Part shown: in pieces, positions 18,063 to 27,587 of the stretch | Position numbering within the stretch: position 1 is the first letter of the stretch | How the letters are laid out: every line of letters starts with the position of its first letter | DNA from: a bacterium | GTDB taxonomy: Bacteria > Patescibacteriota > Minisyncoccia > Sungbacterales > HO2-52-23 | NCBI GenBank assembly: GCA_030697705.1 | Contig: JAUYPE010000012.1 | Coordinates: 1 to 59,206 of the forward strand | Reading direction: 5' to 3' | Length of the DNA: 59,206 nucleotides | Position numbers and translations under genes: made by a program | The notes under the pieces: model-generated | The model's database searches: none | Told to the model about the DNA's origin: nothing | What the model saw: only the letters and a program-made list of their open reading frames with translations

Positions 18063-19397
18063 TTAGTACCGCTCTCGATAAGGGCGCGAGGAGCGGACGC
18101 GGTTTGAGAATGCCCTGCTCGGTGGGCGACGAGCACTACCGCCAACAGGTCCGCGCGTTGATGACGATGGGGCATGATACGATCGCGTGGGCGTATTTCC
18201 CGCGCGCGGTGAGTAGGATGACGGGGAACGGGGAACGAAGCGACGCTGAACGGGCTGGCTTATCGGCCGTACATCGCGGGGCAGATCGGCCGGAATGGGC
18301 ATCCGCTCAACCTTGCGTCCCATACGCCGTTCAATGATATGCATCACGCTGATGTCTTCCGCGGTTACGAAAGATGAAGCGACGCCGCTCGCTTCGGCGC
18401 GTCCCGTGCGACCGACGCGGTGAGTGAAGTCGTCGGGCACCTGCGGCATATCGTAATTCACGACATGCGCGATGCCGGTCACATGGATTCCGCGCGCGGC
18501 AACATCCGTGGCAACGAGTACGCGCGGCATTTTATTTTTAAATCCTTGCAAAGCGCGTATGCGCTGGGACTGTGTGCGGCCGCCGTGGATGGCGCCGGCG
18601 GAAAATCCACTCTGCACAAGGCGATGCGCCAGCTTGTCCGCACCATGTTTCGTGCGGGCAAAGATAAGGAAGGTGCCCGTCTGCGTGCGAAGCAGATGGC
18701 ACAAGAGTGGAAATTTTTGATCGTGCGAAACAACATATGCCTGCAACTGGACTAACGCGGGAGCGTTCGTCTCCGATCCGATAGAGATGCGTATGGGATT
18801 TTTAAGATACTCCTGCACGAGGTGTGCGACCGATCGGTCGAGTGTCGCGGAAAAACACATGGTCTGCCGTTCTTTGGGAAGATCCCGCAGAATTGTTTTC
18901 ATTTGCGGAAGAAATCCCATGTCCACCATGCGGTCCGCCTCGTCCAACACGAGAATCTGCACACCCGACATGACGACGAGTTTTCGTTTGATATAGTCCT
19001 CCAGCCGTCCGGGGGTGGCGATGACGAGCCGTGCGCCGCCGCGGATATCCATAAGCTGGCGCGATTCGGCAAGTCCGCCCACAACCAACGCGGCGCGGAT
19101 GCCGGTCGCGCGTCCGATATGCAGAAAGGTGTCGTATACCTGCATCGCGAGTTCACGGGTCGGTACCAATACCAACGCCTGCACGCCGCGTCCCTGCGCA
19201 CGCATGAGGCAGTTAAGAATCGGGATGAGAAACGCAAGCGTCTTGCCGGTGCCGGTCTGCGCCGTACCAAGCACATCCTTGCCCTCAAGCGCCGGCGGTA
19301 TGGCACCCGCCTGAATGGGGGTCATCGCCGTAAACTTGGCGCGAGCAAGATTATCTTTAAGTGTTGAACCGACTGAAAGCTCTGAAAAATTATCCAT
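18063..19397 (-). CDS. DEAD-box ATP-dependent RNA helicase with an Arg/Ser-rich C-terminal tail
   Basis: Q motif (FTAMTPIQ), AQTGTGKT, DEAD box (VLDEAD), SAT and HRVGRTGR. Confidence 0.93.
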   Translation of the reverse strand: MDNFSELSVGSTLKDNLARAKFTAMTPIQAGAIPPALEGKDVLGTAQTGTGKTLAFLIPILNCLMRAQGRGVQALVLVPTRELAMQVYDTFLHIGRATGIRAALVVGGLAESRQLMDIRGGARLVIATPGRLEDYIKRKLVVMSGVQILVLDEADRMVDMGFLPQMKTILRDLPKERQTMCFSATLDRSVAHLVQEYLKNPIRISIGSETNAPALVQLQAYVVSHDQKFPLLCHLLRTQTGTFLIFARTKHGADKLAHRLVQSGFSAGAIHGGRTQSQRIRALQGFKNKMPRVLVATDVAARGIHVTGIAHVVNYDMPQVPDDFTHRVGRTGRAEASGVASSFVTAEDISVMHIIERRMGRKVERMPIPADLPRDVRPISQPVQRRFVPRSPSSYSPRAGNTPTRSYHAPSSSTRGPVGGSARRPPSRAFSNRVRSSRPYRERY

Positions 19398-19409
19398 ATA
19401 TTTGGCAAC

Positions 19410-19501
19410 AAAAAAACCGCTTGGAAACAGTGCGAAAAAGGGCTTTCGGACGGTTTCCTAGAGCAGGATCGCATCATCTCCGGATCCTTGCTCCCAAGCG
19501 G
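19410..19501 (-). promoter_or_regulatory. terminator-like hairpin in the helicase 5' leader (candidate attenuator)
   Basis: On the minus strand, CCGCTTGG ... CCAAGCGG closes a structured insert of about 70 nt and is followed by U7, ending 13 nt before the start codon. Confidence 0.45.
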
Positions 19502-19575
19502 CATAGTAAAGCCAAAGGGGTCGGCACGGGGCGAGAGCTGATAGCAGATTGCTGTTAACTTATTGTAATGCGTCT

Positions 19576-19604
19576 ATGATACCATAGAACAAAAAACGAG
19601 TCAA
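19576..19604 (-). promoter_or_regulatory. sigma70-like promoter of the helicase gene (TTGACT-17 nt-TATCAT on the minus strand)
   Basis: Reverse complement of 19599..19604 is TTGACT and of 19576..19581 is TATCAT, with a 17 nt spacer. The palindrome TCTATG-ATAC-CATAGA (19573..19588) overlaps the -10. Confidence 0.55.
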
Positions 19605-19840
19605 TTCCGTGCCATGATGACAAGCGAATGCAGTCGCCTCGTGCCCTACGCGCATGTGGCGACTTTTTATTTTATGGCACAGTCATATTGCGAATATGAA
19701 TTTTTTCCTTTATAGTAAAAGTATATTTGCACGCAATACAACCAACCCTGTTTGATAATCTAGCATCGTAAGGTACCCTCTGATACCCCGATGCAAGCAT
19801 CGGGGAGATTCATTTTATCCAACTAATTCTCTTAAGAGCT

Positions 19841-20257
19841 ATGAATACAAAAAAAGTGCCACGGACGGAGGAGGAGTGGCGGGAAGGACTGACGCCGGAG
19901 CAGTATCACGTCATGCGTGAGAAAGGAACGGAGGTGCCGTTTACGGGAAAGTATACCCATGAAAAATCAGACGGCATGTATCGGTGTGCGGCGTGCGGGA
20001 ATCCACTTTTTTCATCGGATACGAAGTTTGATTCGGGAACGGGCTGGCCGAGTTTTGATAAAGCCCTCCCCGGCGCGGTCAAACAGATTCCCGACGGCGC
20101 GCACGGCATGGAGCGCACCGAGGTGGTCTGCGCCCGATGCGGTTCTCATTTGGGACATATTTTTGACGACGGTCCCACGGCAACTGGTAAGCGTTATTGC
20201 ATGAACTCCGTTTGTCTAGAACTTGAGGCGAAGAAGAATAACGAGGCACAAATGTGA
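19841..20257 (+). CDS. msrB: peptide-methionine (R)-S-oxide reductase
   Basis: SelR domain with two CxxC pairs (CAACGNPLF, CARCGSHLGHIF). Confidence 0.93.
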   Translation: MNTKKVPRTEEEWREGLTPEQYHVMREKGTEVPFTGKYTHEKSDGMYRCAACGNPLFSSDTKFDSGTGWPSFDKALPGAVKQIPDGAHGMERTEVVCARCGSHLGHIFDDGPTATGKRYCMNSVCLELEAKKNNEAQM

Positions 20258-20263
20258 ACAATT

Positions 20264-21091
20264 ATGAAACGCCCACCGCATCCGGGAGCGCAATACGGAA
20301 GAAGAGCTCCGCGCAATAACGATACCTCATGGGGCCCGGTCGCGGAATGGTACAGCGATCTGCTTGAGCAAGACGGCACCTACCAAAAAGAGCTTATTCT
20401 GCCAAATCTCATGCGGCTCCTGCAACCGCGCACCGGTATGACGATTCTTGATCTTGCCTGCGGACCAGGTTTTTTTGCCCATGCATTTGCCGAAGCGGGA
20501 GCGACCGTCATCGCGGCCGATAGTGCGCCTGCGTTGATTGAGCGGGCGAAAAAGAAAGCGTTGAAAAATATCATGTGGCACATCGCGCCGGCCGACGACA
20601 TGCCGTTTGCACAAAACGTGAGTGTGGACACCGCCGTTATCATCCTTGCCATCCAGAATATTGAGAACGTGTATAGCGTTTTTCAAGAGTGCGCCCGCAT
20701 ACTTAAACCCGGCGGCGCGCTCACGCTTGTCATAAACCATCCCGCCTTTCGTATTCCGGAACATGCGAGTTGGGGTTGGGACGAAGAGAAAAAAATACAA
20801 TATCGCCGTGTTGAAGAATATATGTCGGAATCAAAACACCGTATCAAAATGCATCCCGGCGGCGACCCGCGCGTGACGACGATTTCATATCATAGACCGC
20901 TTGAGTTTTATTTCAAAGCGCTCGCCAAAGCGGGATTTCTCACGAATCGCCTAGAAGAGTGGCTTTCTCATAAAAAAAGCCAGGAGGGTCCCCGCGCGAG
21001 CGCTGAAAACCGCATCCGCAAGGAAATTCCCCTCTTCCTCTATCTTGAGGCGTATAAAATCCAGCGACACACCGGCGGCACGACCGTATGA
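20264..21091 (+). CDS. class I SAM-dependent methyltransferase
   Basis: Motif I ILDLACGPGFF and the downstream ARILKPGG segment. Confidence 0.8.
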   Translation: MKRPPHPGAQYGRRAPRNNDTSWGPVAEWYSDLLEQDGTYQKELILPNLMRLLQPRTGMTILDLACGPGFFAHAFAEAGATVIAADSAPALIERAKKKALKNIMWHIAPADDMPFAQNVSVDTAVIILAIQNIENVYSVFQECARILKPGGALTLVINHPAFRIPEHASWGWDEEKKIQYRRVEEYMSESKHRIKMHPGGDPRVTTISYHRPLEFYFKALAKAGFLTNRLEEWLSHKKSQEGPRASAENRIRKEIPLFLYLEAYKIQRHTGGTTV

Positions 21092-21804
21092 AAATCCATC
21101 GATTCATCGGTACTTATGATCTTGACCGCAGCCATTTGATCCTGACCGATCATCTTCAAGTGCGGCAGATGCACAGTGTCCTGCATCTCAAAAAAGGCGA
21201 GCATATAATGCTCGGCGACGGCAAATGCTACGAAAGTGAGGCGGAAATTATTTCACTTTCGCGAAAGGAGATCGGTCTTGCCCTTGCGGAAAAACGGCGA
21301 AATACCAATGAATCGCAGAAGCATACTACCCTCTACTGCTCACTTCTTAAACATGAAAATTTCGAATGGGTCGTCCAGAAGGCGACCGAGATGGGCATCA
21401 CGGCAATCGTACCAATCATAGCTGCACGAACCGTCGGGCATGCTTACAAAAAAGAGCGTCTCCAAAAAATCATTCATGAGGCGGCGGAGCAGTCGGGGAG
21501 GGGAGTCGTACCGGTTTTATCCAATCCCATGTCATTGAATGATGCACAGAAGCAGGCGAGCGCGGGCAATGACAAGGTATTTTTTTTCGATGCGAGCGGC
21601 ATGCCGTTCATAGTAACGGACTCTGCCGATTGCAGAACGGTCGGTATTTTTATCGGACCGGAGGGCGGCTGGACGAATGAGGAGCTTGCCTCTACACACG
21701 AAAAGAAAATACACATCGTACATATGGGAAAGCTCATACTCCGTGCTGAAACAGCTGCAACACTCGCATCGTATCTGATTGGTACAGATACGAAACTTTC
21801 ATGA
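21088..21804 (+). CDS. rsmE: 16S rRNA (uracil1498-N3)-methyltransferase
   Basis: 238 aa RsmE-like protein (MKIHRF...; the C-terminal SPOUT segment contains GPEGGWT). Its start overlaps the previous stop. Confidence 0.88.
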   Translation: MKIHRFIGTYDLDRSHLILTDHLQVRQMHSVLHLKKGEHIMLGDGKCYESEAEIISLSRKEIGLALAEKRRNTNESQKHTTLYCSLLKHENFEWVVQKATEMGITAIVPIIAARTVGHAYKKERLQKIIHEAAEQSGRGVVPVLSNPMSLNDAQKQASAGNDKVFFFDASGMPFIVTDSADCRTVGIFIGPEGGWTNEELASTHEKKIHIVHMGKLILRAETAATLASYLIGTDTKLS

Positions 21805-21939
21805 GAGCACAATGTTGAATGGTGTCAAGTTGCACACAAAATGAGTATGCACTATAATAGGGGGGGAGATGGGGTTGTTGGATCAGAGGATAGGCACGGC
21901 GGTGCAGAGAGATGCAAAGTGTTCCGAATATATGTCCCT

Positions 21940-22134
21940 ATGGAACAGGAGCTCCTCAAAAAAATGGAAGAGCAGGGTCGCGAGCTTGTAGAAATTCGTC
22001 ATCTGATAAACCAGATGCGGAACTATTTTTTGTGGACGCTCATCGGGAGCATAGTGCTCTTCATTCTTCCCCTTATCGGTCTTGCGTTTGCGATTCCGCA
22101 GTTTATTGCGACCTACTCGGGTGCCGGCGCTTGA
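21940..22134 (+). CDS. hypothetical small membrane protein
   Basis: ORF 21841..22134 trimmed to the internal ATG. It has a helical N-terminus and one TM (FLWTLIGSIVLFILPLIGLAFAI). Confidence 0.4.
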   Translation: MEQELLKKMEEQGRELVEIRHLINQMRNYFLWTLIGSIVLFILPLIGLAFAIPQFIATYSGAGA

Positions 22135-22218
22135 CTCTGATCAACGCGATGCGGTCGCGATCAATCGGTGTTCCTGTTATTGATCTTTATTATTCATCCG
22201 TTATTTCTCAAAAGCGAT

Positions 22219-22866
22219 ATGAAAAAAGCATTATCGATCGGGGTTCTTTTTTTTGTCATCGGCGGACTCATTGGTTTGGGAATCGGCAAGATGTGGTGGA
22301 GGAACGCGCCAACATCCGAGACAGCCGAAATATCCGACGCCGCACAACTTAATACGGCGAGCGCATTGTTTCCGCAAGAAGTCGGCGATCAGCCATTGGA
22401 CCAGATGGCACCAAAAGAAAAAAGTGAAGAAGCCATGAAAGCAGACGAAGCTATGAAGGCGGGTACGGATACGTCAAAACAGGTTGAGACGGCAGCAATG
22501 CCTGCACAAGAACAAGGGGGTCAAAAAATGACGGCAGACGACTCAAGCGCGATCAGTGGAGGAGATCAGGCGCCGGGTGTGCAGGTTGCACTCAATGCTG
22601 TCGCTGTTAAACACGCAGGATGGGCGGTCATCCATGAGGATCGGAACGGCAAGCCGGGAAACATTCTCGGTGCCCGACGTTTGGATGGCGGTAGTTATAG
22701 CAATGTCGTTGTGGACTTGCTTCGCGCAACAACCGCGGGCGGAACATACTACGCCATGCTTCACAGCGACAACGGTGATCGCATATTTGATTACAAGATC
22801 GATGTACCGCTCATTGACGGGGGCGGTAATCCGATCATGGTACGCTTCACGGCGGTCGCTCAATGA
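22219..22866 (+). CDS. membrane-anchored protein with a low-complexity linker and a C-terminal beta-rich domain
   Basis: ORF 22168..22866 trimmed to MKKALSIGVLFFVIGG. No family confidently recognised. Confidence 0.6.
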   Translation: MKKALSIGVLFFVIGGLIGLGIGKMWWRNAPTSETAEISDAAQLNTASALFPQEVGDQPLDQMAPKEKSEEAMKADEAMKAGTDTSKQVETAAMPAQEQGGQKMTADDSSAISGGDQAPGVQVALNAVAVKHAGWAVIHEDRNGKPGNILGARRLDGGSYSNVVVDLLRATTAGGTYYAMLHSDNGDRIFDYKIDVPLIDGGGNPIMVRFTAVAQ

Positions 22867-22957
22867 CGCATGATTCCGTCTTGTGCAAAACCGTATTCTC
22901 TGTCATCAATATTCACTACTCGTCTCATAAAAATTCCGCTGAGGCATTTCCGCTTCG

Positions 22958-23809
22958 GTGGCATCTTTTAGCATGTTCGCTCGCATGCCGACATCATCAC
23001 AAAAAATATCGGCATTTCGCCAAACGGTAAGGGCGCATGCTCGCACCCGCAAGAGGATCACCATGCCATGGCGCGCGACGCGAGATCCGTATGCCATACT
23101 CGTCTCGGAATTCATGCTCCAACAGACACAGGTGGAGCGCGTCATCAGTTACTATGAATCTTTTTTGGCGCGTTTTCCCGATTTCGCCTCGCTTGCCACC
23201 GCGTCAAATGTGGAAGTATTGACCGCATGGCAAGGCCTTGGCTACAACCGCCGCGCGCTGAATCTCAAAAAAACAGCGGAAGCAGTCATCCGCGAATTTG
23301 ACGGGGTTCTCCCCAAAGATATTGCCGCACTTGAAAAACTCCCCGGCGTTGGTCCCGCCACCGCAGGTGCCATTACTGTATTTGCTTTTAACGCACCATC
23401 GGTTTTCATTGAAACAAATATCCGACGCGTATTTTTATATCATTTCTTTCCCCGCGCTCGTGCCGTCAACGACCGCACTATCTTACCACTCATCGCCGCT
23501 GCGCACCCTCGTAAAAATCCTCGCGCGTGGTACTATGCGCTCATGGATTATGGCGCGGCTCTGGGAAAGCAAGCGCATCGGAATCCCAATCAACGAAGCC
23601 GCCATTATACCAACCAGGGACGGTTTACAGGATCAAACAGAGAGCTTCGCGGACGTATTATCCGCATTCTTCTTGAGAAGCATACCCTCACCGCCTCCTC
23701 GCTTGCCAAACAACTCGGTGAATCAGTCACACGGCTTGCACCGCTTCTCGCCGCTCTGCGGAATGAAAAATTTATTCAAAAAAACGGAAAATACCTCTCG
23801 CTCACCTAA
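22958..23809 (+). CDS. HhH-GPD adenine glycosylase (MutY-like) lacking the Fe-S cysteine cluster and the NUDIX-like domain
   Basis: Carries the MutY N-domain pattern (RDPYAILVSEFMLQQTQVERV, WQGLGYNRRA, LPGVGPATAGAI). There is no C-x6-C-x2-C-x5-C motif, and the C-terminal 60 aa look like a winged helix. The start is uncertain (22958, 22985 or later). Confidence 0.78.
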   Translation: MASFSMFARMPTSSQKISAFRQTVRAHARTRKRITMPWRATRDPYAILVSEFMLQQTQVERVISYYESFLARFPDFASLATASNVEVLTAWQGLGYNRRALNLKKTAEAVIREFDGVLPKDIAALEKLPGVGPATAGAITVFAFNAPSVFIETNIRRVFLYHFFPRARAVNDRTILPLIAAAHPRKNPRAWYYALMDYGAALGKQAHRNPNQRSRHYTNQGRFTGSNRELRGRIIRILLEKHTLTASSLAKQLGESVTRLAPLLAALRNEKFIQKNGKYLSLT

Positions 23810-23825
23810 CTGATAACATTCCGTC

Positions 23826-24152
23826 ATGACTATTCCTTTTTCCCATTTTGCGGAAATAGAGCTCCGCGTGGCAATCATTCAGACCGCCGAGCGCGTGGAC
23901 GGGTCGGACAAGCTTCTCCGCCTGTGCGTGTCGCTTGGTGACGAAGGAGAACGACAGATCATCGCCGGCATCGGCAAGCGCTATACGCCCGAAATACTTA
24001 TCGGCCGCCAGATCGTTATTGTTGCCAATCTCCTGCCCCGCGTGCTCATGGGGTTGGAGAGTCAGGGCATGCTCCTGGCGGCTGACACTCCCGATGGACC
24101 AGTGTTTCTTGGACCGGATACCGCCGTTGCCGCCGGCGCAAAAATAAAATAA
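23826..24152 (+). CDS. tRNA-binding domain protein (CsaA/Trbp111-like)
   Basis: 108 aa OB-fold pattern: [37 protein letters not shown]...VANL. Confidence 0.85.
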   Translation: MTIPFSHFAEIELRVAIIQTAERVDGSDKLLRLCVSLGDEGERQIIAGIGKRYTPEILIGRQIVIVANLLPRVLMGLESQGMLLAADTPDGPVFLGPDTAVAAGAKIK

Positions 24153-24165
24153 ATCCATAGCGGTC

Positions 24166-24611
24166 ATGATAGCCATTCTTGCCGATATCAGAAGCGTATA
24201 TAATGTCGGCTCAATTTTTCGCACCGCCAGTGGCGCCGGCATTGAAAAACTCTATCTATGCGGCATCACACCGACACCGGTGGATATATTAGGGCGCGTA
24301 CGAGCGGACTTCGCCAAAACAGCACTTGGCGCGGAGCGTGACGTGCTTTGGGAATATGCAAAAATGCTACACGCCTTATCACGCGTCTCCATCGCAACGG
24401 CTGGCTGATTATCGCTCTTGAGCAGGATAATCGCGCCGATTGTTATACAAAACTCCGTCTGACGCACCATCAATATGCTAAAACGGCGCTTATTCTTGGT
24501 GCCGAACGAAAAGGTGTTTCTCCTCGTCTTATCAGTCACGCCGATCGCATTATTGAAATCCCCATGCGCGGCGCCAAGGAGTCGCTCAATGTTTCCGTTG
24601 CTGTGGGATAG
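24166..24611 (+). pseudogene. TrmH/SpoU-family RNA 2'-O-methyltransferase, frameshifted and C-terminally truncated
   Basis: Two overlapping ORFs (24166..24408 and 24348..24611) together give SPOUT motifs ([13 protein letters not shown]; LILGAERKGVS; IPMRGAKESLNVSVAVG). The frame breaks at the A5 run 24360..24364. The stop falls directly after motif 3, inside the 37 bp repeat. Confidence 0.75.
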
Positions 24612-24723
24612 GCAATAACGAGGCCGGTCATATGGTACGGTGGTACAAACGCTTGAGTATGAGCCGTTGCACTGGGGCTCATTAACCGTTATCGTTGCTT
24701 GAGAAAGAGCGCGAGAACTTATC

Positions 24724-25914
24724 ATGTTTACTATTACGGCACGGGATGAAAAAACGCAAGCACGGACTGGTATACTGGAAACGCCGCACGGTACGGTTGA
24801 GACGCCTGCGTTTGTTGCCGTGGGGACGCATGCGCGTGTCCGCACGCTTGCAACACCCGATCTTGTGGCGGCAAAAACCCAGCTCATCATTGCCAATACC
24901 TACCATCTCTGGCGCACCCTTGGCGACGAGGGGTTGAAAACCTATCAGGGTCTCCATGCGGCGATGCAGTGGCCGTATTCGCTCATGACCGATTCGGGAG
25001 GATTCCAGGTGTTTAGTTTGGGCATCGCGCGCGAACAAGGGGTGGGCAAGGTTGCCGGCGGGGCACATACCGAACTCTCAAGAATGCCGGAAAAAAATCT
25101 GGTCCGCATTACGGAAGATGGCGTACATTTTTTTGAAGACGACCATGAATGTTATTTGGATGCGGAAACCTCCATCCGTATCCAACAGCAGCTCGGTGCG
25201 GATATTATTCTTGCGTTTGACGAGCCGACCTCACCTCTGCATGATATTGCATACACGCGGTGCGCGATGGAGCGGACGCACCGATGGGAAGCCCGCTCGC
25301 TCGCGGCGCGCAGTTCCACGCAACTTCTCTACGGTATCGTGCAAGGCGGTCCGTTTGAGGAGTTGCGGCGCGAGAGCGCGCACGCTATTGCCGGTATGCC
25401 GTTTGACGGGTTTGCCGTGGGCGGAGCATTTGGCAATAGTTTTGGTAGTGCGCGTATACATATGAAAAAAGAACTCTCATGGGTGAGTCCTTTCTTACCC
25501 GAAAACAAGCCGCGCCATCTGCTTGGTATAGGTCTCGTGGAAGACCTTTTTGACGGTGTCGCCGCAGGTATGGATACGTTTGACTGTGTGGTACCGACGC
25601 GTGAGGCGCGCCACGGCAGTATCTGGACTCGGGCGGGACGGCTTGATATCAAACGTGGACGGTATGTCAACGACACAAGCATTGTTGATCCGGAATGCGG
25701 CTGTCCTGTCTGCACGCTTCAGCGCACGACCAAAGCGGAACTTTATGCGCTCTTTCATGAAAAAAATGAGGAGGCGGGGCGGCGCGCCTCATTGCACAAT
25801 CTCTTCTTTTTTAATAATCTGATGGAGGAGATCCGTCGTGCCGTACGTGAAAAAAAACTTGATGAGCTCAAGGCGCGTTATCTTTCCCGATCCGCCGCAT
25901 CGTCGTTTTCATGA
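24724..25914 (+). CDS. tgt: queuine tRNA-ribosyltransferase
   Basis: 396 aa with TPAFVAVGT, DSGGFQ and the zinc site CGCPVC. Confidence 0.95.
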   Translation: MFTITARDEKTQARTGILETPHGTVETPAFVAVGTHARVRTLATPDLVAAKTQLIIANTYHLWRTLGDEGLKTYQGLHAAMQWPYSLMTDSGGFQVFSLGIAREQGVGKVAGGAHTELSRMPEKNLVRITEDGVHFFEDDHECYLDAETSIRIQQQLGADIILAFDEPTSPLHDIAYTRCAMERTHRWEARSLAARSSTQLLYGIVQGGPFEELRRESAHAIAGMPFDGFAVGGAFGNSFGSARIHMKKELSWVSPFLPENKPRHLLGIGLVEDLFDGVAAGMDTFDCVVPTREARHGSIWTRAGRLDIKRGRYVNDTSIVDPECGCPVCTLQRTTKAELYALFHEKNEEAGRRASLHNLFFFNNLMEEIRRAVREKKLDELKARYLSRSAASSFS

Positions 25915-25927
25915 AAATTTTCCCATT

Positions 25928-26485
25928 ATGAAAGTACCTAAGGAGGCAAAACGCGTATTTAAAGGAGTTATTTTTGACACCTACCACTGGCGGCAAAAGA
26001 TGTTTGACGGCTCGTTTGAAATATTTGAAATGCTTGCCCGCCGCCCAGTAGCCGATACTATTGTGACGGTAGGAGAGCGCATTATGGTTCTTATGCAGAG
26101 GCAACCGCGTCGTCGCGAGTATCCCTCGCTTCCCGGCGGGGGAATTGAAGTGGGCGAGCGTCCGATGGCTGCCGCGCGGCGTGAACTTCTTGAGGAGACG
26201 GGATATACGGCGAAGCGATTTCGTCTTATCTGCCGTTCTGACGGTAATTTTAAGATACACCAGCCGGAATATCTTTATGTTGCGGATGACTGTCGCAAAA
26301 TCGTCGCGCCGGCGCTTGATGCGGGTGAAAAAATCAACGTAACCTTCGTCTCATTTGACGAATTCCTGCAGTTTTGCCGCCGCGACGATTTCGCCATTTC
26401 AGCGAAAACGCGCATGATGCTGTACGAAGCGCTGGTGGATAAGAAGAAAAAAACAGTGTTAAAAAAGCTTATTTTTCCATACTAG
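25928..26485 (+). CDS. NUDIX hydrolase
   Basis: ORF 25838..26485 trimmed to the ATG after the tgt stop. Nudix box GGGIEVGERPMAAARRELLEETG. Confidence 0.8.
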   Translation: MKVPKEAKRVFKGVIFDTYHWRQKMFDGSFEIFEMLARRPVADTIVTVGERIMVLMQRQPRRREYPSLPGGGIEVGERPMAAARRELLEETGYTAKRFRLICRSDGNFKIHQPEYLYVADDCRKIVAPALDAGEKINVTFVSFDEFLQFCRRDDFAISAKTRMMLYEALVDKKKKTVLKKLIFPY

Positions 26486-26504
26486 TATAACATCATCGTT
26501 ACGC

Positions 26505-27383
26505 ATGACTTCCCTATCTCGTCAGCCATTTCTCGGTGGGCATGTTTCGGCCGCGGGAGGATTTACGATGGCGATTGATCGCGCGGAGGAGATCGGCGCG
26601 GATGCCATTCAAATCTTTGGTGCCTCCCCGCGGCAGTGGCATGCGCGCATGCCGACTAAAGAAGAAATCACCGCCTATCGCACGCGGTTGGAAAAAAGCC
26701 GCGTAAAAAAAGTGTTTCTTCACGGCGCCTATCTGGTGAATCTCGCCAGTCCTGATGCCGAGACGCGCAAGAAATCAATCAAGAATCTGACGGCGCATCT
26801 CAAGATTACGGATCTTATCGGAGCCGACGGACTCATCTTTCATGTCGGTTCCGGCAAAGAATTGCCTAAAAAAGATGTGTTTGACCATGTCGCAGTCGCC
26901 ATTCATGATGTCCTTGCCGCAGTGCCCGGGCACACGCCGCTCCTCATGGAAAACGCTGCGGGAGGAGGGCAGAAAATAGGCGCCCTGCCGGATGACTTTG
27001 CCGCGATTCTCAAGAAAGTTCCCTCATTGCGTCTGCGCATCTGCTTTGACACTGCGCACGCGTTTGAAGCGGGGATTATTGAGCGCTACGAACCGGCGAA
27101 CATAAAAAAACTTTTTGACGTCTGGGACGCGACGGTTGGACTTGAACGAATCAATGCCCTGCACATCAATGACTCAAAGACCGCCTACAACTCGCACCAT
27201 GACCGCCATGAGAATCTGGGCAAGGGCTTTATCGGCATTGCCGGGTTTAAAAATCTTGCAAAAGAAAAGCGCTTGGCACATGCGGCGTGGCTGTTGGAAG
27301 TGCCGGGATTTGCCAATGAAGGACCGGACAAGAAAAATATGGACATTCTCCGCTCATGTTTTGCTCCGGCACGGCGCGCGTAA
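26505..27383 (+). CDS. nfo: deoxyribonuclease IV (endonuclease IV)
   Basis: AP endonuclease family 2 motifs (HGAYLVNLAS, CFDTAHAF, LHINDSK). Confidence 0.93.
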   Translation: MTSLSRQPFLGGHVSAAGGFTMAIDRAEEIGADAIQIFGASPRQWHARMPTKEEITAYRTRLEKSRVKKVFLHGAYLVNLASPDAETRKKSIKNLTAHLKITDLIGADGLIFHVGSGKELPKKDVFDHVAVAIHDVLAAVPGHTPLLMENAAGGGQKIGALPDDFAAILKKVPSLRLRICFDTAHAFEAGIIERYEPANIKKLFDVWDATVGLERINALHINDSKTAYNSHHDRHENLGKGFIGIAGFKNLAKEKRLAHAAWLLEVPGFANEGPDKKNMDILRSCFAPARRA

Positions 27384-27587
27384 CGGAAGATCATCGGTTT
27401 TACCGGTTTAGTTTTCTTGATCGCAAGAATGCGATTGCGCCTGCGGTAACGGCGGTGCTATACTGACGGTGTCAAGAAGCTTCTTAAAAAGAAAAGGTCG
27501 AGCTCTATCGGCGTATTGTTCCCCTACAAAGATATTCTCGTGCCATACGCCGAGATCAAAAAAAATCATCAGACCGTATGTCCTTCT

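Noticed and set aside
19606-19840. Terminator-like hairpin (AGTCGCC...GGCGACT plus a T-run, about 19633..19676) and a CCCCGATGC-AA-GCATCGGGG hairpin upstream of msrB, which might have been a riboswitch or small RNA.
   Set aside because: I found no convincing plus-strand promoter upstream and no known motif. It may be incidental structure in the divergent control region. It is worth including in an Rfam scan but is not supported enough to list.
4257-24594. The 20 kb between the two 37 bp direct repeats might have been an integrated element with att sites.
   Set aside because: The interval carries core genes (ppsA, glk, xseAB, typA, the DEAD-box helicase, msrB, rsmE and the mutY-like gene), has no integrase and shows native-looking composition. 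The repeat is therefore reported only as a recombination footprint.
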